From Bdellovibrionales bacterium (GTDB lineage Bacteria; Bdellovibrionota; UBA1018; CAIMNF01): DNA of 39,741 bases. Within the stretch, counting starts at the first letter, position 1. Each line of letters starts with the position of its first letter. A model generated the notes under the pieces. The model had not been told where the DNA came from. It was given only the letters and a program-made list of their open reading frames with translations, and did not search any database. Below, piece after piece: positions 27,020 to 34,691 of the stretch. The stretch is from NCBI GenBank assembly GCA_040380025.1, contig JBEIJY010000023.1, positions 1-39,741 on the forward strand, written 5' to 3'. The position numbers and the translations under genes were made by a program.

Positions 27020-29709
27020 TGGAGAAGCCCGATTTTATCGGCGCTTTCCTTGCGGGGGGCGAGGCACACGCTGATCAGATGATTCAGTTCCCGGCGACGG
27101 AGCTTTTCGGACGAATAGGCTTTCAGGATCTGCCCCGCCATCACCTGCGCCTGATCCGGATTCCGCGGAAGAACGATTCTTTGAGTGATCTCGGCCCAGG
27201 TGGGTTCGGGAATCTCGCGCCGCAGGTTCTCGATCATTTCAAAACAACGGTCCCGGAGCCATTGATCCTGGATGTAAAGCGTCTGGGTCAGGCCCTTGGC
27301 TGTTCCCAGCAGGATTCCCGAGACCGGCGTCTTGAGCGAGGTGACCACCTGAATGGCCTGATGGGGCGTCAGTGTCGGATTGTACCGGATCAGCGGATGC
27401 TGATGGACTCCGGTCAGATCTTTTTCGGTCATCACCGACCGGAAGAAATCCGAATAGCGGATCTGCTCGTCCGGAGAGATGAGCGAGAAGAGCGTATTCT
27501 GGTGCTCTTCGAGCTGGACCAGCGTCTGCGAGGCGTGCACGAAGGCATGGCCCTTCAGATGGGGCAGGCTCTCGATGGCCTTCAGTGCCGAATCCGGCTC
27601 CGTTGAAATCATTCCGAGGATCTGCTCCTCATGAGGCGGGAGCACCATCTCGTTTCGGGCCAGTTTTCCGAGCACCTCTCCGAGGTGTTTCGGTACGGGG
27701 ACCTGTTTCAGATCGGATTCCTTGATCAGCCAGGCGCCCTTCTTCCGCTCCACCGAATAGTCGAACCAGTCGCGCGCGAGCGAGGACCGGATCAGGGTCT
27801 GGAGGGGCTGATTCCACTCGGGCTTCAGGGGCGCGATGTAAAACAAGGCGTGATTGTTGCGAAGATACCCGGGAAGACGATCTTCCGGTGCGGTGAAGAT
27901 CTCGTTGCCGTTCTTGCTGTGCTCGACCCACAGGTAAAAGCCAGTGTCCGCGCGCATGTTCGATTCCGGAAAGAGGTGGGGTTCCCGCTTGTCGAAAGAG
28001 AACTGCAGGGACGGATTGAAGGTGCGGATGGTCGCGAATTGGCCGAGCGGAGCCGAGTTCCGCTTCAGGTCCTCGATCTGATCGACCATCTCGTTGTCTT
28101 TCGGATTGAACCAGTGTTGTTCCCATTCCCGCTGGTCCACCGGACTCACCCGGGCGTGGAGCTGGAACGGCTCTGCCGGAAACGCCTGGTCCGGCCGGTG
28201 GATCAGGCCGAACGCGCGGTCGAAAAGGGTCTCCAGATCGCGTTCCCCTTCGAGGGATCCGTAGGCCTTCAGCAAGAGCGGCCGGTGGCTCTTCCGCTCC
28301 TCGAGCCGGTTTTCCCGGCGCAGAACGTAGATCACCTTGGGGAGATCCCGCTCCAGTTCCGGTGTCTTGCAATGCAGGGCCGAAAAATCCGCGATCATCA
28401 AAATTTTCGCATGATCGAGCAAAAAGTGGAGAGCGGGTTTTCCGGCTTCCTCCGAGAGCACTTCCTCCCGGGCCCACACGAGGATCCCGTCCTGGCGGAG
28501 CTTGTCGAGGGTCTGGCAGGCCTGATAAATCCCGCGGGTCGTGTTCGGTTGCTTGATTTTTTTCAGAATCGAGTGCTGGTCGACGGTGCGCTTGAGGGCC
28601 TGTGAGGCGAGTCCCTTGCCCGTCGCCCGGATGGAGCTTTCTTCCGAGATGATCGCCACTTCGGCGCAGGAGATCGCATCCATTTGCTTCAGGATGTTCA
28701 GTTTCCCCGAATGGGTGAGGAGCAGGGAGCCTTGTTGCTCCATGCTCATCTCGAGGCCTGAGCCTTTTGCCCAGAGAGGCGGATTTTTCGGTTCTTTCCA
28801 GAAATGCCGGACTTCGCCGAACAAGAGCTCGAACGAAAGCGACTCGAATCCCACCCATTGGATGGACGGGGGAGCGTGCTCGAAGAGGGAGCCATCCCGC
28901 AGCGTCGGACTGAAACCGATCCGCTGTTCGCCACGGAACGAAAGGAGCCGGTGCTTCTCGAGGGACTTCCACAGATTCCGGTAGAATCCTTCGCCGTAAC
29001 GCTGTCTCTCGCCCAGGGTTTCCGCCGAGAGGATCCGTGCTCGGTGCAGGAGCCAGTCTTTCAGGCAATCCGGATCGGCCACCGACTCCAGGATGATCCA
29101 GAGGAAACTCTGCGTTTCCGGGGTGAGCTTGTACCACGAGTAAAAATTCTGCTGGATCAACTGGCAGGTGGAGGTCTGGAGATTCACATAAGATCTCAAA
29201 TCCCGCTCCACGGACGCTGTCAGATCCTTCAGGTCCGCGCGTTCGAGCCGCGCACCCGCGCGTTTTCTCCACGAGAGGAGCAATGCCGCCTTTGCGATTT
29301 GCGCGAGAGCGATCTGCCGGAAGAGCTGTTTCAGGGCTTTCTGCTCCGCCTCGCTCCGGTCCGGTCGCACGAAATGCCGGAGCGCCAGCTGCGGGTCGAG
29401 CGGCTCCGGTGTTTGCGAGAGCTCTGTGAGGAACCGGCCCATTCCCTCCCTCCGGGAGGAGTTCAGCTTCAAGAGGTCATCCGGTTTTTTGAGCTGATCG
29501 GCGACCATGGCGTTCATCAAGGCCTCGAGCTGCTCAAAAAAGGGAGAGGGTGGGGAGGGGGGCGCTTCTTTCGGCTGGAGAAGTTCCTGCACCGAGGATC
29601 GGGGAGGGGAGTCGCTTTTTGCGGTGTCTTCGATCGTCTTCTCCAGGCGGTCTTTCTTGATCCACCCGGAAATATCAATCGATTCAGAATCAAAAAGCGA
29701 AGAAGACAT
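27016..29709 (-). CDS. 897-aa protein resembling an inactive TaqI/Eco57I-like N6-adenine methyltransferase + TRD scaffold
   Basis: Ordered gamma-class MTase-like segments with degenerate motif I (SPTLRDGSLF) and motif IV (AIISEESS), plus a TaqI_C-like segment LIRSSLARDWF...IKESDLKQVPVP. Confidence 0.75.
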   Translation of the reverse strand: MSSSLFDSESIDISGWIKKDRLEKTIEDTAKSDSPPRSSVQELLQPKEAPPSPPSPFFEQLEALMNAMVADQLKKPDDLLKLNSSRREGMGRFLTELSQTPEPLDPQLALRHFVRPDRSEAEQKALKQLFRQIALAQIAKAALLLSWRKRAGARLERADLKDLTASVERDLRSYVNLQTSTCQLIQQNFYSWYKLTPETQSFLWIILESVADPDCLKDWLLHRARILSAETLGERQRYGEGFYRNLWKSLEKHRLLSFRGEQRIGFSPTLRDGSLFEHAPPSIQWVGFESLSFELLFGEVRHFWKEPKNPPLWAKGSGLEMSMEQQGSLLLTHSGKLNILKQMDAISCAEVAIISEESSIRATGKGLASQALKRTVDQHSILKKIKQPNTTRGIYQACQTLDKLRQDGILVWAREEVLSEEAGKPALHFLLDHAKILMIADFSALHCKTPELERDLPKVIYVLRRENRLEERKSHRPLLLKAYGSLEGERDLETLFDRAFGLIHRPDQAFPAEPFQLHARVSPVDQREWEQHWFNPKDNEMVDQIEDLKRNSAPLGQFATIRTFNPSLQFSFDKREPHLFPESNMRADTGFYLWVEHSKNGNEIFTAPEDRLPGYLRNNHALFYIAPLKPEWNQPLQTLIRSSLARDWFDYSVERKKGAWLIKESDLKQVPVPKHLGEVLGKLARNEMVLPPHEEQILGMISTEPDSALKAIESLPHLKGHAFVHASQTLVQLEEHQNTLFSLISPDEQIRYSDFFRSVMTEKDLTGVHQHPLIRYNPTLTPHQAIQVVTSLKTPVSGILLGTAKGLTQTLYIQDQWLRDRCFEMIENLRREIPEPTWAEITQRIVLPRNPDQAQVMAGQILKAYSSEKLRRRELNHLISVCLAPRKESADKIGLLQ

Positions 29710-29870
29710 AAGATTAGTATTTTCCCCCGTTCATCCCGTCAGTCCCCGAATTCGAACCGTATCGGAGAGATATATCAACAGGATCGAGCTCTCGTCCAGA
29801 ACCGAGCGTTAAAAATAAAACTCCATGGTTTCAATGGATTACCGAATTTTGATTCCAGTACGATCTTCCC

Positions 29871-29898
29871 TCAAGAACAAGAGCGCTTTCGCCGATCA
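29871..29898 (+). promoter_or_regulatory. Putative sigma28 (FliA) promoter
   Basis: TCAAG-15 nt-GCCGATCA versus the consensus (TAAA/TCAAG)-N15-GCCGATAA. Confidence 0.6.
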
Positions 29899-29908
29899 GG
29901 GGAGTGAG

Positions 29909-30328
29909 ATGTCGCAATCGCTCAATCGAATCCGTAGCTTGATTTCCGAAATCGATCAGATCCAGAAGCAGGGGCAGAAGTCCCATCGGTCTCCGGGCGG
30001 AATGGATGCACTGGTCTTTGCCGAGCAACGGTCTCTTGCGGCCGCTCCGGTGCCGGTTCCGGCACCGGCAGCCCAAGTGGCCGCGCCAGGAGTTGCGCCA
30101 GTGGCAGCCCCGATCCCGGCGCCCGTATCTGAAGCAAAGGCTCCCGAGCCTGCGCCTGTTTCCGCTCCCGAAAGTCGCGTCAAGGTGGAGTGGAGCGGAA
30201 CCGTCATTCTGGAACTTCAGCTCTCCGAGGCAGACGAAAAAGTCGAACTCCGCCAGCGGAACGGTCAGATCGAGATTTCCTTCTCGGACGGAAAAGCGTT
30301 TCACATCCCTTTTAAAGCCGTGGCATAG
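29909..30328 (+). CDS. Small hypothetical protein with Ala/Pro-rich linker
   Basis: ATG 29909 follows GGGGAG and the sigma28 motif. N-terminal helix, APVPVPAPAA-type linker and small beta-rich C-terminal domain. Confidence 0.75.
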   Translation: MSQSLNRIRSLISEIDQIQKQGQKSHRSPGGMDALVFAEQRSLAAAPVPVPAPAAQVAAPGVAPVAAPIPAPVSEAKAPEPAPVSAPESRVKVEWSGTVILELQLSEADEKVELRQRNGQIEISFSDGKAFHIPFKAVA

Positions 30329-30335
30329 TGAGGGC

Positions 30336-30908
30336 GTGCTCAAGATCACTTCAGGGATCCATCGGGGTCGCCTCATCAAAACCTTGCCGGGAATCGCCAC
30401 CCGGCCCACAACCGAGCGACTGCGCCAGTCTTGGTTGAACAGTCTCCAAATGCGGCTTCCCGAGTCCCGGGTCCTCGACCTTTTTTCGGGCTCCGGCGCA
30501 CTGGGACTGGAGGCTCTTTCCCGCGGAGCGGATTCCGTGGTGTTTGTCGAAGAAAACCCCAAAGCCGTCCGTTTGATTCTCGAAAATGCGAAGACTCTCG
30601 GATTGCAAGAACGGGTTCGAGTTCTCCAGAAGCGGGTCGATCAGGTGTTGCCGTTCCTCCGGGATGAGCCGCCCTTCGATTTTGTGTTTGCCGATCCGCC
30701 GTATGAGGCCGGACATGAAGAAGCGCTCCTCGGGGACTGGCCGTGGGAGGAAATCCTCGCCGAATCGGGCACTCTCTGCATCGAGAGCGCATTCCGCAAA
30801 GAAGGCGCATTTGCGGCGCCGGCCCCTTTGCGGGTGGTCCGGCATGAGCGCTACGGAGACAGTCAGCTCACATTTTATCGCCACAATGAAAGGACGGCCA
30901 TGCCATGA
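30336..30908 (+). CDS. rsmD: 16S rRNA (guanine(966)-N2)-methyltransferase
   Basis: LKITSG...RGR, TRPTTERLR, VLDLFSGSGALGLEALSRGA, DPPY and RYGDS. Start refined to GTG 30336. Canonical rsmD-coaD pair. Confidence 0.95.
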   Translation: MLKITSGIHRGRLIKTLPGIATRPTTERLRQSWLNSLQMRLPESRVLDLFSGSGALGLEALSRGADSVVFVEENPKAVRLILENAKTLGLQERVRVLQKRVDQVLPFLRDEPPFDFVFADPPYEAGHEEALLGDWPWEEILAESGTLCIESAFRKEGAFAAPAPLRVVRHERYGDSQLTFYRHNERTAMP

Positions 30909-31387
30909 AAGCACTTTATCCCGGATCCTTTGATCCCTTCACGAACGGCCACCTCGACATCCTGGAGCGAAGTCTGCGGATTTTCTCCGAGATCACGATC
31001 CTCGTCGCCGGCACCTCGCGCAAGGTGACGCTTCTCTCGGCCGACGAGCGGGTCGGGCTCATCCGCGAGGTCACGAAAGGAATGAAGAACGTGAAGGTAG
31101 ACTCCACTCCGGGACTGATCATGGAGTACGCGCGGACCCACTCCATCGCTTCTGTGATCCGCGGACTCCGCACTCCGAGCGATTTCGAATACGAATACAT
31201 GATGGCGACCATGAACAAGCGGATCCATCCGTGGTGCGAAACGGTTTTCATGATGAGCTCGCAGGGACTTTATTTTGTGAGTTCCACCATGATCAAGGAG
31301 CTTTACTATTACGGGGGCGACATCTCTCCGTACGTGCCCTCGCCCGTGCTCCATAAGTTCCACGAGAAATTCTCAAACCCGAAATGA
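30905..31387 (+). CDS. coaD: Phosphopantetheine adenylyltransferase
   Basis: YPGSFDPFTNGHLDI, IRGLR...DFEYE and VSSTMIKE. Confidence 0.97.
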   Translation: MKALYPGSFDPFTNGHLDILERSLRIFSEITILVAGTSRKVTLLSADERVGLIREVTKGMKNVKVDSTPGLIMEYARTHSIASVIRGLRTPSDFEYEYMMATMNKRIHPWCETVFMMSSQGLYFVSSTMIKELYYYGGDISPYVPSPVLHKFHEKFSNPK

Positions 31388-32589
31388 CAGGAAAAACCCC
31401 GATGATCTCGAGCCGAGTCCGAAAACTGAATGAAAGCTCCACTCTGAAGGTGAACGCGCGCGTGACCCGGATGAAGCAGGAGGGAAAGACAGTCTTCAAT
31501 CTCACGGCGGGAGAGCCGGATTTTCCTCCCCCCGACCAGGCCAAACAAGCTGTGCTCGATGCCGTGGCCCGGAACCTCTCCAAGTACACGCCCACCGCGG
31601 GCATACCGGAGCTCCGCGAGCTGGTGGCGGCGCGAACCAATCTGCAGCAACCCGCTCTTTCGGCGTCGAGCCCGTGGACGGCGTCGGAGGTGGTGGTCTC
31701 GAACGGCGGAAAACAAGCCATTTTCAACACTGTTTTTTCGCTGATCGATGCCGGCGAGGAGGTCATTTTCGGGGCGCCGTACTGGCTCAGCTACCCCGAG
31801 ATGGTGAAGGCCGCCGGGGGATCGAGCGTGGTCATTCCCACCTCGATGCAATCCGGCTACCGGATGAGCCCCGATCAGCTCGAAGCGGCGATCACTCCGC
31901 GAACCAAGCTTCTCATTCTGAATTCGCCCTCGAATCCGACCGGTGCGGTTTATTCCCGGGACGAGCTCCGGGCATTGGGAGCGGTTCTCGGGCGGCACCC
32001 GAAGGTCTGGATTCTCAGTGACGAAATCTACGACCGGATCGAGTTCGAGACCGGATCCTGGTGCTCGTTTCTGGATGCGAATCCGGAGTTCCGGAACCGC
32101 ACGGTGACCGTGAACGGACTTTCCAAGAGCGGTGCGATGACCGGGTGGCGGGTCGGGTGGTCGGTCGCTCCCAGTTCTTTGACATCGGCAATCCTTGCCT
32201 TGCAGGGGCACTCCACTTCGGGAATTTGCAGTCTCTCGCAGGCCGCCGCGGTGGCAAGTCTCAAAATTCCGCCGGAAGCGTTTGAAAACCAACGCCTTGA
32301 ATATCGACGGCGCCGTGATTTGGCATTGGAAGTCCTCCGGAAATCAGAGAAAATCGAGGTAGGGGAGCCCGGAGGGGCATTCTACCTTTTTGTGGAATGC
32401 CGACGGATTCTCGGTTCCCACCGGGATGCAAATGGACTTGCTGAACAAATTCTCGAGGACGCGCAGGTCGCGGTCGTTTCCGGAGTCGACTTCGGAGCAC
32501 CTTCCTGCATCCGGATCAGCTTCGCGACCGATCCGGCAACCCTGGTCGAAGGGTGCGAGCGCTTGCTTCGTTTCTTTCATTCTCGTTAG
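31384..32589 (+). CDS. PLP-dependent aminotransferase class I/II (aspartate aminotransferase-like)
   Basis: GEPDF, KYT, GGKQA, PYWLSY, NSPSNPTG, SDEIY, SKSGAMTGWRVG (PLP Lys), GAFY and IRISFA. Confidence 0.95.
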   Translation: MTGKTPMISSRVRKLNESSTLKVNARVTRMKQEGKTVFNLTAGEPDFPPPDQAKQAVLDAVARNLSKYTPTAGIPELRELVAARTNLQQPALSASSPWTASEVVVSNGGKQAIFNTVFSLIDAGEEVIFGAPYWLSYPEMVKAAGGSSVVIPTSMQSGYRMSPDQLEAAITPRTKLLILNSPSNPTGAVYSRDELRALGAVLGRHPKVWILSDEIYDRIEFETGSWCSFLDANPEFRNRTVTVNGLSKSGAMTGWRVGWSVAPSSLTSAILALQGHSTSGICSLSQAAAVASLKIPPEAFENQRLEYRRRRDLALEVLRKSEKIEVGEPGGAFYLFVECRRILGSHRDANGLAEQILEDAQVAVVSGVDFGAPSCIRISFATDPATLVEGCERLLRFFHSR

Positions 32590-33517
32590 TGCGATTGCGG
32601 TTTCCTGCGCGCGACCGCCCGGAGAGTACGATCTCGAGAGCGAGTCCGATCGGGAGGCGATGATCATCGACATCGAGAATGCACTCACCTCGGGAAACTG
32701 CTCCTCGGCCCTCGGCAATTCAAAACGACTCTATCAATCGCGGTACACCGACAATCGGATCCGGATGCTGTATGCGAATTCGCTCGCCTGCAAGGCCGGA
32801 ATCCGTCTTTACGAGGTGATTGACGAGTTGACGAGCTTCTCTTCTCCGAATGCGCTCGGTCAGTTCGCGCGCGTGTTCCCGTCCGCGGTGGGCGATCAGA
32901 GGCTCGAGAGCGGGTGGCTTGCGCAGGATGCGCTCCAGTCCATGCTGGCATCGGGTTCGGTCATCGGCGTGCATGATCAGATCCTTCCGGAAACCTGGAA
33001 CCCCGGATCGACGCTCGCGACAGATCGGACGGATTCATCGAACTTGTACGGATTCTTCATGTCCATGTCGGTCATCGGAAACACGCTCAGCCGCTACGGC
33101 GCTCCCACTCCGGTCTGGGGAAAAGGAGCGGATCTCATCTGGACCTCGCGGGCCCTCGTCCAAGCCGATCTTACCGGGTCCGCCTGCGGACTGGTTTCCG
33201 CATTCTTCAATCTCATCGATGGATTCCGCAGGTCGGAGGCTTCGGGGGCTTTCGGCTCGGCAGGGAGCGGGGTGAAAGTCATGGTGGACGGTCTGGACGC
33301 GCAATTGGTCCAGGGCGGAGCGCTTGCGTGCCTGACTTCCGGCGGAACTTACGCCTGCCATCAGTATTACAGCCCCGGAGTCGCTCCCTCGGCGACCACC
33401 ATCGCCCGCTGCGCTCTCGCGAAAGCGAGGCTCCGCTACCGTGGTGCCTGCTCCGAAACCGAAGAAAATGCCGTTTTTGCGGCAGGAATGATCTCATGCG
33501 TGAACAATCTCTGGTGA
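32553..33517 (+). CDS. Hypothetical Cys-containing lipoprotein (start ambiguous)
   Basis: Lipobox AVS-C at about 32597-32608, followed by a helical domain with several Cys. No in-frame canonical start lies near the signal peptide (see findings). Confidence 0.75.
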
Positions 33518-34593
33518 GGGCGATTTCCGGTTTCTTCTTTGTGACATCACTCTTGTTTTCGGGCGGCCTTGCCCGCGCATCCCAGGGGATGGCCACGCTG
33601 ATCCAGATGCCGCGCGTGTTCGCCATGGGAGGGGCCGGGGTGGGGCTTGCGGACGACGAGTATGCCCTTTTTTTGAATCCCGCCGGACTTGCTGGTCAGG
33701 ATGTCCGGAAACTTCGCATCCTCGGACTCGGCGCGGAGGCCACGATGGATACGTACCAGACCCTCTCGACCTCGCTCTCGGGGCTCAAGGATTTCAGCGC
33801 GGCGACGCTGAATACCCTGATGGGCAAGGACATCTATCTTCGCTCGAGCATTGTTCCGATGCTCCAGCTCCCGAAGTTCGCAGTGAGCTACTTTGGCGAT
33901 CTCCAAGGAGGGATCGAACAGCTCAATCAGGCCAATCCGAATTTCAATCTGACCAACATGGTGACCCACGGGGTTCAGGCCGGCACGGGGTGGTCTTACA
34001 AGAAGGGCCGAAGGGCGAAAGACGAGTGGCGATTCGGCATCGCCGGAAAAATGCTCTGGAGGCGTGGCGGATATTACGAAAACGTCCCGTTCATCGACAT
34101 CACGAACGGAGGACAATCCTATCTTGCCTCTCTGGTCGGGGAGTATGGCACGGGATTCGGAGCGGATGCCGGGGTCCAATATGTGAACCAGATGAATCGC
34201 AAGGAAGAGATCCGGATCGGCGCGAGCGTCACGGACATCGGCGGGGTCGCTTTTTCGAGCCCGAAGGCTCTCCGGATCAAGATGAATCCATCCGTCGGGA
34301 TTGCTTACCGGAACCAATCGGACTTCATGAAAATGAAATTCGCCTTCGATCTCCGGAATCTCGATCAAGATGTCTCGTTTGTGAACAAGACCCATTTCGG
34401 TGCGGATTTTTCGTTTCCGTTACTGAACCTGTACGCTGGACTTAACCAGCTGAACACCACCTTCGGAGCCGCATTCGATCTTTGGATCCTCCGCGTTTCC
34501 GCGCTTTCCTATGCGGAAGAACGGGGAGTCGAGTACCGTCAGCGGCCCTCGCGCCGGTATCTGCTTCAGATTGACTTCAGCATCCCCATCTGA
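33514..34593 (+). CDS. Outer-membrane beta-barrel, TraF_2/PorV/FadL-like superfamily
   Basis: GTG overlaps the upstream TGA. Signal peptide ends in ARA, followed by the plug motif PRVFAMGGAGVGLADD..ALFLNPAGLA. Beta-strand-rich body. Confidence 0.8.
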   Translation: MRAISGFFFVTSLLFSGGLARASQGMATLIQMPRVFAMGGAGVGLADDEYALFLNPAGLAGQDVRKLRILGLGAEATMDTYQTLSTSLSGLKDFSAATLNTLMGKDIYLRSSIVPMLQLPKFAVSYFGDLQGGIEQLNQANPNFNLTNMVTHGVQAGTGWSYKKGRRAKDEWRFGIAGKMLWRRGGYYENVPFIDITNGGQSYLASLVGEYGTGFGADAGVQYVNQMNRKEEIRIGASVTDIGGVAFSSPKALRIKMNPSVGIAYRNQSDFMKMKFAFDLRNLDQDVSFVNKTHFGADFSFPLLNLYAGLNQLNTTFGAAFDLWILRVSALSYAEERGVEYRQRPSRRYLLQIDFSIPI

Positions 34594-34691
34594 CCACCCC
34601 GATCAAAATCGGTTTACGAACCCTCGGACCCATGCAATAGTCACGTTCAGAAAAATTCATTGGGTTTCGTGGAACTTGGATTGAGGAAGGC

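Noticed and set aside
28770..28790. KNPPLW as an intact MTase motif IV (NPPY-like)
   Set aside because: By segment order it falls before the 'gdsL'-like strand, while the true motif IV position reads ISEES. Provisionally treated as coincidental; a structural alignment is needed.
27629..29907. 547-aa (-), 324-aa and 367-aa (+) ORFs within the 897-aa gene
   Set aside because: Low-complexity alternative-frame or antisense ORFs with no independent start signals.
30040..30170. Possible DNA tandem repeat in the Ala/Pro-rich segment
   Set aside because: The similarity is at the amino-acid composition level only, with no regular nucleotide repeat unit.
33514..34593. Conjugative element suggested by the TraF-like barrel
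   Set aside because: No relaxase, T4SS ATPase or integrase is present, and it lies in a housekeeping operon with host-like composition.
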